From contig NC_043004.1 of assembly GCF_006345805.1 (NCBI RefSeq), positions 41,912,001 to 41,976,000 of the forward strand: DNA of 64,000 nt, given 5' to 3'. A program made the translations under genes and the position numbers. Positions 40,881 through 54,015 of the stretch are shown here, piece after piece; the stretch's first letter is position 1; each line of letters begins with the position of its first letter. The stretch comes from Octopus sinensis (taxonomy: Eukaryota). The notes under the pieces were generated by a model. The model was not told where the DNA came from, searched no databases, and saw nothing but the letters and a program-made list of their open reading frames with translations.

Positions 40881-41379
40881 ATTCAGTTTTGGGGATAAAT
40901 AGATATGCGGGTATTCTATTTCAGATAATACAAAAGAAATAATCTAATGAGTATATCTGAAGGTAAACTCGTGGTGTCTATTTGCACATCACATAATAAT
41001 ACTTTAAAGGGTATAAACAGTAATAAGTAAGGAAGTATATTTTATATCCTACCGGTATACTGGTTATATCATTTATAGTACTATTTCGTGATGTACAGAT
41101 AGATACCTTCATTAGTACAGTTCTTTATTTAAGAGATGAGGAAGTATGTCCATCATTTACATTATTTATATTATTTACATTCAACGGATATTTGTTCTCA
41201 TCTTGTTTGTTGTTAGCACAACGTTTGGAAACGTTGTGTTAACAACAAACAAGATGAGGACAAATATCCGTTGAATGTAAATAATGTGAATAATGTACAT
41301 AATGTACCTTCATTAGGTTATTTTTTTGTATTATCTGAAAAAGAATACCCGCATATCTATTAATCCCCAAAACTGAATT
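40880..41379. repeat. Nested inverted repeats: outer ~70-bp arms, inner ~75-bp hairpin centred at 41227
   Basis: 40880-40950 vs 41311-41379; 41152-41226 vs 41229-41304. Confidence 0.85.
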
Positions 41380-41530
41380 TTTATTGATTTCTATTATACA
41401 TTTTGTAATTTTTCTCGATAAATATATAAATATATGATAATCAAGACCCCAATGTACGATATTCAGATGCATGTAATGCTAAAGGGTTCTACCTGATTGA
41501 TTTGGAAATTCGTTTTCCCAAATTATTTAA

Positions 41531-41624
<94 letters not shown>

Positions 41625-41629
<5 letters not shown>

Positions 41630-41923
41630 GTGAAAGAAGGTTTGAAAATGCAATTTTAAAAGATGTTTATTTACTTTACCGGTTTCACTTTTTAGAAAAA
41701 GATTGTCAAAAGTAACATGTAAATGCATGGCTGTGTTAGTTATTGGTTGTCACAAAATACTACAATACATATATACATTCTTTGATTACAAGATAACATG
41801 ATAACATGTTCTTGTTATCAAAGCTTTTACACGTTACTTTTGACAATCTTTTTCTAATAAAGGGAACCGGTAAAGTAAATAAACATCTTTTAAAATTGCA
41901 TTTTCAAACTTCTTTCATATATA
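41625..41923. mobile_element. Foldback with ~97-bp arms, each carrying an HHR-like motif (41671-41715 minus; 41834-41878 plus)
   Basis: TTACTT-TTGACAA-T-CTTTT(TCTA)AAAAG-T-GAA-ACCGGT-A-AAGTAA. Confidence 0.7.
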
Positions 41924-42045
41924 ATTCCACTCGTGCGGTACCTTACAACTCCACTTTGTTATATATATATATGTATGTATATATATATATATATATAATA
42001 TATATATATATATTATATATATATATATCTATATATATATATATG

Positions 42046-42089
<44 letters not shown>

Positions 42090-42097
42090 ATATATAT

Positions 42098-42125
<28 letters not shown>

Positions 42126-42128
<3 letters not shown>

Positions 42129-42238
42129 TGGCCTGCTCGCTTGGCCAGTGGGGTGGCGTCCTTCGAAGGCTAAAACAATGCGAACGCATTGTGACCAGCG
42201 ATGTGTAAAACATCTGATGGTCTGGTCGGTCACGTGAT

Positions 42239-42247
<9 letters not shown>
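42126..42247 (+). mobile_element. 3' tail of SINE family D type 1 or its partner LINE
   Basis: Matches 14690-14810 in reverse complement. Confidence 0.85.
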
Positions 42248-42304
<57 letters not shown>

Positions 42305-43639
42305 CTGTGTGTATGTGTGTGATTGTGTGTGTGTTCATGTGCGTGTGTTTGTGTGTGCACTTTATTTCTCTATATATTTCGATTACATCCCTGTATACTT
42401 TTAAACTTACCATAAACCTGAGGCAGATACAACCTAACAGTGGATATGACAACTTAGTACTTTACATGAGATGTGCAGAACATCCGTGAGACCGTTCACG
42501 CAATTTCCGTATACAGAGTGGAACACGCTTGTCTGGTGGAACACGCTTGTTTAAACATATCATGCAATGCGATCGAACCAGGAAGGTAAATTTTTGAAAA
42601 GCGAAAAAATCTTAACCACTCAAACATTGCTTTTTTTTAATGTGTTTCTAAACAATGCTTTTCGTATATGTCTAAACAACGATATGAGACGTCGAGATGC
42701 CACAGCAGACGATGTATACACTCCAGAACAACAACAGTTGCAGACATACAATAACATCAGCTCTCATATCACCATTTAGAGCTAAGAGATGAAAATGAGA
42801 GTTATATAATTATACTCAATTTCAAAATGTTTTAAATGTCTGTCTAATGTTCGTCAAGTTTTTTTTTAATCAATTATATTGATTGGTTCAGACGTTTGAC
42901 ACTTCTCACTTAATTATTTTTTTTTCTTCAGTCTTCGTTTTATTACGATCTACCAGCAAAACTTTACTTTCACTCACACATCTACAAGCAGAAAATGAAA
43001 GAAGTCCTGGTGTTTAATAAACAAACACTATTACAGACAAGTGAAACCAGAGATTTCTTTTCAGTCAGGTGAAAGAACTGAGAGTGAATAAGTAAAAGTT
43101 AACTATATGTTTGATTGTGTTGTTCCGCATTCTTCTTTCTCTCCTTCTCCTCCTCCTGATCATGATGACGATAACGATGATTATCATCATGATTATCACC
43201 ATCATACTTATCATCATCATCATCATCATCATGATCGGAATTTTAGCATTTATATATTGTTTTAAAATTTTACGATTGCCATTTACTTTTCTACATGATT
43301 TTCACTTAATATATACATGTCCATCGCTTCATTCTCTCTCTCCCTCTTTCTCTCTCGCTCTCTCTCTCTCTCTCTGTCTCTCTATATATGCAGAGATGGG
43401 TAGATACGAAATGCACTCACATATGTATATACATACACATATTGTTATGGGTGTCTGTGAATGTCTGTATCTATTCTATATGTGAGGTAACTATATACTT
43501 ACTAGATGGTGTGCTAAAGCAGGTACACTAGCACCTATCCTGGGTTTTGTGTTTTCACTGTTCAGCTGCGTTTTCGAAGGAAGAAACGAAGCCACAATCT
43601 GGTCTTCGTCGGGCTGGGGCGGGCGCATGCTATTCAAAT

Positions 43640-45040
43640 CTGATCAGCTGGGTGCGGAATTTCAGAAGTCAGTGGGTCCACATCTCGATAGCCGGAGAAG
43701 TAGGTCCATACTGACCGACAGCGTCATAGGAAGGACCGGTTATATTACTCGTTGTCTGGTTTGGTCCGGACCTCCAGATGTACAAGAATTGGGATAGGTG
43801 ATGAGCAGGGTGGCCAGTCTTACCCAAAAATAGGCAGAGACTAAGCTGCCTCTGAAGTCTCGGGTGCAGGTGGCGAATGTGTAAATCGCTTCTGTCATCA
43901 ACTACCGTCTGGCCGTGGTCTCTTCCCCCTGCTTCGTGGTTGATCTAGCTGAAGCACACACTCTTCTGCTTTCTGTGGAAAGGACGTGTTCTGCTCGACA
44001 GATGGCCCATCTACTATTAGCAGCCGTTGAGTGGAGGCTGAGCATGCTCTGAGGCTGCGACAGCTCCAACGTTTCCTTAACGGTAAGCAGGTGTGATCGC
44101 TCTTTGTTAGACAGAATTTCCAACAGCTCGTCATTGACGGTGCTACAGTCCTGGTACTTGGAGTGTCGGCAAGCAGTCACAGCTCTCTGCCAGTCGGGCA
44201 ATACAGTTGGTGAAAGTTCTACATTGGGTTTCTATTGGAAATTAATGGCGGGCAAGAGCGACGACGTACTTGCGGAAACTTTGATCATTAGGAGGAGTTA
44301 TTAGCTGGTCTTTTTAGGAGTACTTTCAGGCCGGGCCCTATGGATAATTTCTGGCAACCTTTAGCTTGTCACCGTTACCGAGGAGCGCTACCGATTCGAA
44401 ACAAGCTCTACAGGCACGGAAGTGCTGCCAGACGGACCTGTCCGATATGTGCGCAGGGCGATAAAACTGTGCTGGGTACATTCTACCAGTCCACGCAGTG
44501 CTTACTTGTGGAGCTTTGTCGAACAACAGTTCACGCATGCAGGACAGATCCGGTTATCAGCCGAGTCCATCGTGCGGTCGCTCCACCACCTTCTTTTGGC
44601 CGATAGCGAAAGAGGCAGTGTGGTGGACGAGGTTCAAAGGACTGAAGACAGATAACTTCCTCTCCGGCCAGGATCTCATTGATTTTCTCAAGTTCAACTT
44701 GAAAAGGAAAGTGCGGGTGGAGAAGGAGTGGTGCCCTCTCCCCCAGTATTTTAGTTGAAAGTGGGGTGAATGTAGCATGAATGGACATACTCTGAACATA
44801 TACCCGTGTAAGTCGGAGGTGTTGAGAAAAAGAGATGCACTTGCTGAGATGTCCCTGGCGGTCGTGGTAACCAGAAAGTGTGCTTGGGTGGAATTTCCCC
44901 TTACGGTGAATTTTATTGCTGAATTTTGTTGTTAACTGTTCTTATTTTATTTTTATCTATGACTTTTTGTGCTAAGCCCTACTTGTACCAAATGTATTGT
45001 CCCATTTTGTTTTGTGTTCGTCCCTTGTGGCCAATAAAAG
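43640..45040 (+). mobile_element. 5'-truncated Tx1/L1-clade LINE: ORF2 C-terminus, 3' UTR and poly(A) signal
   Basis: VVWFGPDLQMYKNW, KLPLKSRVQVANV*IASVINYRLAV, zf-RVT-like RGALPIRNKLYRHG...CPICAQGDKT; AATAAA at 45033; many stops and frameshifts. Confidence 0.85.
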
Positions 45041-45295
45041 GAAGCTGGCAGATGCGTTTGATTAGTGTTATTTCGTCTGTCTTACATTCTGAGTTCAAAT
45101 TCCTTACGGGTTCGATAAAAATTAGTACCAGTTGAACACTCGGTTCAATGTAAGTGTCATAGTCCCTCTCTCGAAAACTTTTCTATTATAGGGACAACAC
45201 CAGGAATTTTCTGAGGGGCTATTCAATTATATTCACCCATGTTCTCAGCTGGTACTTATTTTATCGACTCCGAAAATATGAAAAGAAATGACGAC
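45041..45295. mobile_element. Family A/B SINE fragments (45041-45190 plus; 45215-45295 minus) followed by (AAT)n
   Basis: gctggcaga...ctgagttcaaattcc; ctggtacttattttatcgac. Confidence 0.65.
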
Positions 45296-45313
45296 TTTAT
45301 AATAATAATAATG

Positions 45314-45363
<50 letters not shown>

Positions 45364-45589
45364 GGACCGTATCAGAAGGCATCAAGGAGAATATAAAGGA
45401 AATCGGAATAGAGTGCCCAATAGAACTGTTACAAAAGGTTCGCCTACTTGACACGGCCAAAATAATCAGGAAAGTATTAGTTTAAAAGAACAGAAAGCTT
45501 AGTACAGTAAGCCCGGTACGCATGCAATGCTCAAGGAGTTCTAACAAAACAAGAGTTAAAAGAATAATAACAATCGAAATGATAATAAC

Positions 45590-46150
45590 CCTTTCTACTG
45601 TAGGCACAAGGCCTGGATTTTTGTAGGGAGGGGGAGAGTCTTTAAATCGATCACAATACTTGAATGGTACTTAATTTATCGAAGAAGGAAAAGCAAAGTC
45701 AATCTCAGCGGAATTTGAACTCAGACGAAGTACCTATTTCTTTACTACCCACGAGGGGTTAAACATAGAGGGGACAAACAAGGACAGACAAACGGATTAA
45801 GTCGATTACAACGACCCCAGTGCGTAACTGGTACTTAATTTATCGACCCCGGAAGGATGAAAGTCAAAGTCGACCTCGGCGGAATTTGAACTCAGAACGT
45901 AAAGACAGACGAAGTACCTATTTCTTTTTACTACCCACGAGGGGCTAAACATAGAGGGGGCAAACAAGGACAGACAAACGGATTAAGTCGATTACATCGA
46001 CCCCAGTGCGTAACTGGTGCTTAATTTATCGACCCCGAAAGGATGAAAGGCAAAGTCGACCTCGGCGGAATTTGAACTCAGAACGTAGCGGCAGACGGAA
46101 TACGGCTACGCATTTCGCCCAACGTGCTAACGATTCTGTCAGCTCGCCGC
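45590..46150 (-). mobile_element. Head-to-tail SINE trimer (A full 45914-46150, A truncated 45731-45913, B truncated 45590-45730)
   Basis: Junction cagacgaag|tacctatttc occurs twice. Confidence 0.88.
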
Positions 46151-46421
46151 CGTGATAATAATAAAAAATAATAACAGCTCCTCTTTAAATTATAGCACTG
46201 ACGTACAAGCTGTCTTGCGCAAGCCAAATCGACATACAAGCTATCTGCGCCAACCAAGTTTACGTACAAGCTATCTGCACTAACTAAAATTAATTCAACA
46301 TCGGTGAAAAGAAAAGAGACTCTGTAAGAAATTCGAGGGACATTTTATTTTAAAGAAAATCAACATACACAAAGTGAAAAAAATAAAAAGTCCCTGAAAA
46401 ATATTTTTATGCAATGCATAG

Positions 46422-46481
46422 TTCCATCCGCGCACAGTATTTCAGTTTGACATGTTCGAAAGACGAAATCAATATTGGCAG
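46422..46481 (+). CDS. Candidate 60-bp internal exon of an unidentified gene
   Basis: AG at 46420-46421 and strong GTAAGT donor at 46482; open in two frames (e.g. SIRAQYFSLTCSKDEINIG); weak polypyrimidine tract. Confidence 0.2.
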
Positions 46482-46748
46482 GTAAGTACAACCCAGTAAG
46501 TAAATTAATTATTTATGTGTAGGCTTAAATGTTTATCCATTTACGTAAATAATGTTTATACGAAACACATCAAGGCACGTACTACTGGTGAAGCAAAACA
46601 AAAGCCAAGAGAACCCCCACGAACGAAAACGAAAACAAAAGCGAATAATTTCTCAGTTCTAAACACTACAAGCAGTCTATTACCGACGATAAATCTACCA
46701 GCACACACGAGCGCGCACGCACACACCCAATCACCCACCAACTCTCTT

Positions 46749-46806
<58 letters not shown>

Positions 46807-46844
46807 ATATATTTATTTATTTTTATATATTTTCTATGTATATA

Positions 46845-47243
46845 GGCGTAGGAGTGGCTGTGTGGTAAGTAGTTTGCTTACCAACCACATGGTTCCGGGT
46901 TCAGTCTCACTGCGTGGCACCTTGGGCAAGTGTCTTCTACTATAGCATCGGGCCGACCAAAGCCTTGTTAGTGGATTTGGTAGACGGAAACTTAAAGAAG
47001 CCCGTCGTATATATATATGTATGTGTGTGTATATGTTTGTGTGTCTGTGTTTGTTCCCCCAACATCGCTTGACAACCAATGCTGGTGTGTTTACGTCCCC
47101 GTAACTTAGCGGTTTGGCAAACGAGACCGATAGAATAAGTACTAGGCTTCCAAAGAATAAAGCCTGGGGTCGATTTGCTCGACCAAAGGCAGTGCTCCAG
47201 CATGCCCACAGTGAAATGACTGAAACAAGTAAAAGAGTAAAAG
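46845..47243 (+). mobile_element. SINE family C, full length
   Basis: ggcgtaggagtggctgtgtggtaag head through aaaagagtaaaag tail. Confidence 0.95.
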
Positions 47244-47894
47244 CGTATATATATCTGAACTTTTAGGCGGTATGCACTCCACTTTACAGACAAATCTATC
47301 TCCTAATATGAACGACTTATCGAAAATCAAAATCTAAAAGCTTGTCGGACAAACAACGACCTAATTGAACTGTTATATGCATTCTGTAATAATCACAAGC
47401 GTTATAAGATAGACATAGGGGCTATGGAGGCAAAAACAAAGCTATAAGGTAAAATATAACGGTACACAAACTAGAAAATGTTGTGCAATAGTTTATTTTA
47501 CGTTAGGCTAAAAAACCTAAAATTGAAATGGCAAAACTTATAGACAGAATTCGCATTGAAAATAATACAGAACAATGAACCACAAACGAACGAAAATTAC
47601 ACCGAACCTAATTTTCTAAACATATTCCATCCTACAAAACAGTCCAACAGCTTGCGACTGCCAGCATACAAGATTTGAAGAAAATGTAGAACAAAGAAAG
47701 GAACACGAATAAGAGAATAGTGAAATATACGTATCGGAATGTGTTTTCGCTCAATAAACACACACAACGCCCAGTCTGGGAATCGAAACCGCGATATGAT
47801 CAGAGTAACAAGTAGTGCAGGCAAAACGGGCTTTTCAAAGTAGACCAAAGGAGATTTTTATCAGGAAATAACTAGAGAAAAAGAGAAAGATAAT

Positions 47895-48442
47895 ATGCAG
47901 AGGAAAGGCAGATATTTAGGAAAAAGTTATGGGGGAATGTAGAAACACAGAACCATAACGCAGAGAGGCTATGCAGCATGAAAGAAAGCAATATAAATCT
48001 TATGGAAGAAAATATTAAGATAATATAAGAGGATGTTCTGCGTATCAGAAGGAACATCTTCCTATATAATCTTAATTTGAAGGCGGCGAGCTGGCAGAAT
48101 CGTTAGCACGCCGGCCGAAATGCTTAGCAGTATTTCGTCTGCCACTACGTTCTGTGTTCAAATTCCGCTGAGGTCGGCTTTGCCTTTCATCCTTTCGGGG
48201 TCGATTAAATAAGTACCAGTTACGCATTGGGGTCGATATAATCGACTTAATCCGTTCGTCTGTCTTTGTTTGTCCTCTCTGTGTTTAGCCCCTTGTGGGT
48301 AGTAAAGAAATTTATATTATCTTAATATTTTTTTTCATAAGATTTATATTGGTTTCTTTCATACTGCATAGCTTTTCTGCATTAGGGTTCTATTTCTACT
48401 TTCCCCATAACTTTTTTCTAAATATCTGCCTTTCCTCTGCAT
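47895..48442. repeat. Long palindrome (~150-bp arms, centre ~48046) with a SINE inserted in the right arm
   Basis: 47895-48040 is the reverse complement of 48052-48075 plus 48313-48442. Confidence 0.8.
48076..48311 (+). mobile_element. SINE family A with imperfect TSD tatat(a/t)atcttaat
   Basis: Consensus match. Confidence 0.92.
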
Positions 48443-48533
48443 GAAGGAAGTTGCGCAAGTGGAAAAGGGTAGACCCAAATAGAGTTCATGACTATTGAGG
48501 GAAGAAATTTACTTAATGTTACGAAAGGATAGT

Positions 48534-48800
48534 GGACCCATGTCTTGTGATTGGATTTGGTAGATGGAAACTGAAAGAATCCTGTCAGATATAAGTGTGT
48601 GTATGTATGTGTGTGTGTGTTTCTGCCCCTACCAAACCTCGACAACAGGTGTTGATGTATATTACACTCCAGTAACTTAGCGGATCGGCAATAAACACCC
48701 GATAGAATAAATACCAATCTCAAAAATATAAGAACTAGGATCCATATGTTCAACTAATGTTCTTCAGGGTGTTTCCCCAGCATTGACGCAGTCTAATGAC
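48534..48800 (+). mobile_element. Diverged SINE family C, 3' part
   Basis: gtggatttggtagatggaaactgaaagaa...gtaacttagcgg. Confidence 0.75.
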
Positions 48801-48801
48801 T

Positions 48802-49075
48802 GGCTCATAAGGGCCGGTTTCCCGGTTTCGTTGGCGCATAGGTTCCCCACCTGGACGGGACGCCGGTCCTTCGCAGGTGAGCTGCTAGATGCAGGAGGAA
48901 AGAGAGAGAAAGTTGTGGCGAAAGAGTCAGCAGAAGTTTTGCCATTACCTTCTGCCGGAGCCGCGTGGAGCTTAGGTGTTTTCGCTCATAAACACCCACA
49001 TCGTTCCGTCTGAAATTCGAACCCGCGATCCCTCGACCGCGAGTTCGCTGCTCTAACCACTAGGCCATATGCCTC
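48802..49075 (-). mobile_element. SINE family D, tail type 2
   Basis: Homologous to 31209-31510. Confidence 0.9.
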
Positions 49076-49385
49076 AACACTGACTGAAGCATGGAAAAGA
49101 TAAAAGAAATAAACGATATATACATGTGAGTGTGTGTGTGTGTGTGTACCTCTCTATGCATACACACATGTATTAGTGTGTGCGTGTGTGTTTGTGTGTG
49201 AGTGCGTGCGTGTATGTACGGATTAGAGCTCTAACTTGAACGGTGACGACTTTAACAGTATTCGACATTTATGAGCACGTTCTGTGTTTTGCTCATAAAT
49301 GTCTAATACATAATTGTATTAAACTTCGTGACCGTTCACCATACAACTAATTGCTTTACGTTCTTTTGGATTTATTGCAACTATA

Positions 49386-49807
49386 GGCGTAGGAGTGGCC
49401 CTGTGGTAAGTAGTTTGCTTACCAACCGCATGGTTCCGGATTCAGTCCCACTGCGTGGCACCTTGGGCAAGTGCCTTCTACTATAGCCTCGGGCCGACCA
49501 AAGCCTTGTGAGTGGATTTGGTAGACGGAAACTGAAAGAAGCCCGTCGTATATATATATCTATATATATATATATATGAATGTGTGTGTATATGTTTGTG
49601 TGTGTGTGTGTTTGTTCCCCCAACATCACTTGACAACCGATGGTGGTGTGTTTACGTCCCCGTAACTTAGCGGTTCGGCAAAAGAGACCGATAGAATAAG
49701 TACTAGACTTCCAAACAATAAGTCCTGGGGTCGATTTGTTCGACTAAAGGCGGTGCTCCAGCATGGCCACAGTCAAATGACTGAAACAAGTAAAAGAGTA
49801 AAGAGTA
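49386..49807 (+). mobile_element. SINE family C, full length
   Basis: Consensus match. Confidence 0.95.
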
Positions 49808-50160
49808 ACAGCCACTGAATTTCCAAATGATACTTTTGCCATATTACATAGTTGTTGGGTATTTGTTATTGGTGGCAGAATGGTTACGAAATTACTTGTG
49901 ATAACAAACGTATAGGCGTACGTTGTTGCTGTTATTTAATACCACGAAAAGTTTTATAAAAGATTTATAAGGCTAACTGAGATGTGGGGTTGCAATGGAT
50001 TCTTTGCTGTGACCAAAATCATGATCGACTGAATGCGCAGTTGAACCGTTAATCTGTAGTTTAAGAAAATGTCTATTCTTTTCCTTCTATTTACCTAACT
50101 TTATACATACATACATACATACATACATACATACATACATACATACATACATACATACAT

Positions 50161-50569
50161 ACTCTTTTACTCTTTTACTTGTTTCAGTCATTGACTGCGG
50201 CCATGCTGGAGCACCGCCTTTAGTCGAGCAACTCGACCCCGGGACTTATTCTTTGTAAGCCTAGTACTTCGGTCTCTTTTGCCGAACCGCTAATGACGGG
50301 GACATAAACACACCAGCATCGGTTGTCAAGAAATGCTAGGGGGACAAACACAGACACACAAACATATACACACACACTTATATATATATATATATATACA
50401 TATATACGACAGGCTTCTTTCAGTTTCCGTCTACCAAATCCACTCACAAGGCATTGGTCGGCCCGGGGCTACAGCAGAAGACACTTGCCCAAGATGCCAC
50501 GCAGTGGGACTGAACCCGGAACCATGTGGTTGGTTAGCAAGCTACTTACCACACAGCCACTCCTGCGCC
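50161..50569 (-). mobile_element. SINE family C, full length
   Basis: Consensus match; flanked by (CATA)n. Confidence 0.95.
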
Positions 50570-50604
50570 TACATAGATACATACATGCATACATACATAC
50601 ATAT

Positions 50605-50945
50605 ACTGGGACCACGGGCCATACGTTTCCTGCCCAATTCAGGATCACAGCATATCTGTACACTGCAACATAATTTCTTTTCCTCAACAGGCCCTACCCT
50701 ATTTAACATTGTCCCGTAAGAGATCAAAGAGGAAAAGGACCCCATCAACTTAAAACGGAGTCTGGATAGATTCCTTCAAGGAATACCAGATAAGCAACCC
50801 ATAATTGGATACAACTCACCCAACAAAAACTCACTACTTGAATGGACCATAAACAAAACTTGACTTAAATAGGATTTAGATAATCATATCAGGTGGTGCT
50901 ATTAAGTTAGACATGGCCTGGACCAATCTTTAGTCGAAACATATC
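50605..50945 (+). mobile_element. CR1-clade LINE 3' end
   Basis: TLQHNFFSSTGPTLFNIVP*EIKEEKDPINLKRSLDRFLQGIPDKQP...NSLLEW followed by a short 3' UTR. Confidence 0.8.
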
Positions 50946-50947
50946 TG

Positions 50948-50983
<36 letters not shown>

Positions 50984-53967
50984 TTTAGAGATAGTAGGCC
51001 TCTTACTCACCATATAAAAATGAATTTTTATTTTAAATACCTATTATTTTATAACTTGACTATACGTGTGTCATGAGGTATATTTCCCGGTTCCTAAACC
51101 ACTCCGAGTTTTGCTGGAACCCTTCTTAAAATGTAACCCCAATAATCAGGCCCTTATATCTCTTTATCATTGTTCAATACAATAATCTATATTTTAATTT
51201 TTTAAAACCTTTCAGTATGTGTAAAGTAGGTACGTGTATATTAGGTATATGTATGTGTATCTATACATACATACATACGTACATACATACGTACATACAT
51301 ATATGTATATATACATATAAACACACACACACACATATATAAAATAAAGTATATAAATATATATAATATATATTGTATATATGTATATATATATATATGT
51401 GTGTGTGTATGTGTATAACAAAATATATACATATCTGTATGTATATATGTATGTAAGTTTGTCAAGTATTGGGGAAGAAACTCAATGCCCCTTAATAACT
51501 TTTGAAATGCTTTCAGCTTAAAAATGATGTGTGTGTGTGGGTGAAGGAGAGAGTGAAACGGAGAGAGATGTAGAGAGAGTGAAAGTGAAAGAGAAGGAAA
51601 GAGAGAGAGAGAAACGGAAAAAGACGAGCGAGAGAGAGAGAAAGAAAGAGAAAGCGAGAGAGAGAGAAAGAGAGAGAGGGGAGGGAGAGAAACGTGTTCA
51701 AAGGAAATTATAGCTTGTTGTGAAGCAAGGAGTGTTGTGAGGCTGGTTTGTGGAACAGGATATTGTGGTGAGTAGAAAACAAAAACGAAGAGAAATTGTG
51801 TTCGTTTGTGTGTGTGTGTGTATGCGAAAGAGAGAGGGAGATAGAGAGAGAGAGAGAGAGAGTGAAGAAAGACAACGGGAGAGTGAAAGAGAAAGAGAGA
51901 ATGAAATAAAGGGAGAAGAAAATGAGAGTGTGATACCGAGAGATGAAATTAATGAGATGAATTAGTGCCAAGGGAGATAATAAATGGCAGACTTAATAAG
52001 GACTCTTAAACGTTATTTTTCTACGTATTTTTCTAGACCAATAACTCGATTCAAAGTCGCTTCTTTCGGCTAGCTATCAATTATTTTATGGATGACACCA
52101 CTTGTACACATGATAGCTCCTTTTAATGATTTATCGCTATTGATAGAGTTGCTTGCTTGTTTGTCTGTTTGTCTGATTGTTTCGTTGTAGTTAAGTTATT
52201 TATTTAGTTTTGGTTAGGGTTGGGCATTTCTCTTTCTTTTTCCTATTTTTCTTGTCTGTTCCTTTGATATTTGTTGATCCGTATTTTATGACATTTTTCT
52301 TTTTATGAGTTTGTTCATTATATATATTTCGTTCGTTTTGTTGTTTCATTCTGTGTTATATATCCTATATTTGCCTGTTTTTTGTTTTTCTTAATCTCTC
52401 AACATATAGAGATTATTTTTTCACTTCTCTATTCATTTTTATCTTTATCTTAGATTTCTGTCGGTGGATCCTTCTTTCTTTTTGAAGTTATTTTACTTTA
52501 TATATTGCGATGCCTTACATGTTTCTTTCTTACTTTCGTAATTTCCTGTTTTTTTTACTTCTGATTCATACATTTTGCACTTTTTGCTTTCTTCATTTCA
52601 ACCTTGCATTGTTTCAGTATTTGTTTTTCTTCTTTGCTAACCTTCCCTTCCGCCAGTGCTTCCTTTATGTATACATTTCATCTATCTTCCAGTCATTGTC
52701 TTTCGTTGATTTCAATCTTAATTCTTTCTTTTAAATTTTGTCTGCAATTTGTCGGTCTTCATTGAATATAAATGCTTACATATTTCGACAGTTTCTTCGT
52801 CTTTGAAGCTGTTTTACTTAATTCATTAGAACTCAGAATTGACCTAAAGTAAATCTACAAAATCTTTGAAAATAAAGCAATTAATCTCGCATTAGACAAC
52901 GTAGTACTAGATGAAGTAATATAAAAGGTGAGCGATGGAATACCTGTGGTGATAGGCTAACATGATGAGAGGTGGCTAGAGGCTAACAAATACAAAAGCA
53001 ACAGTACCATTGACAACATTTCTTCTGAATCGTCCAGACAAACGTTAAAATTCGCATACATTAAGTTAATTTCAAATAATGTGCTGGGAAACATACACTC
53101 AATACTAAGCACCACAGGGGTTATCCGACCTGCTAATAACTTCAGCTAAATCTCCCTTGGCTCCATTAAATCACATTTTAGCGTTTGAAAAGAAAGAAAG
53201 TACATTTTGGATAAAATTGTTCTAACTAAATTAAAAATGAATTCGAAAGCTTTTGATATCTCGGTTCAGATCTCATATATCGAAAATAGTTCTCTTGTTT
53301 GATCGAGTCCATCTTACTGACAATCGTTGAGGCTCGCCACTAGGTCAAACATGCATCATAGAGAGTCACTTTGGGGTCATCTTCATTGCAGAAAACAAAT
53401 CCTGGTATACAAGAGAAAAACGCGATGTTTACGCCAGGAATCATTTTCTATTTATAAGCCTCGTCGAGGTTAGATGACCTAGGGTTACGCAAAAATAATA
53501 ACATTCATTACAACACACTAAAATATTACTAAATCATGTACTCCACACAATAAACGGGATGAAATCACTGTCAAAGGCTTCGTAAAAGACTTATAGAACA
53601 ACATTCACTAAAGAGCAGAATTAAATATCGGTGAACAGAACTAAACAACAATGCAATCTCCAACAAATACACCAAACCATTAATAAATAGAATATCATTC
53701 ACATTTCTGATTTGATATCTCGTAAGACACTGCACGCAATATAACGCAAATTACTCTACGCTAACAGACAATGTGACGAACATTCGAGATAATTTCTGGC
53801 ACAAAGCTTTACCAGCAAAATCAACGGAAACGATAGACAATAGTATCAAGAAAATGAACAGGTAAATATCTACAATAATGCATGGCAAAACAGAAAATAT
53901 GCATATATATACGTGTGTGTGTGTTTGTGTGTGTGTGCGTGTGTGTGTGTGTGTGTGCATGTGTGTG

Positions 53968-54015
<48 letters not shown>

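Noticed and set aside
45030-45060. Tx1 ends abutting family A/B SINEs (also at 33050), suggesting target specificity
   Set aside because: Relative orientation and position differ between the two cases; SINE density makes chance adjacency likely
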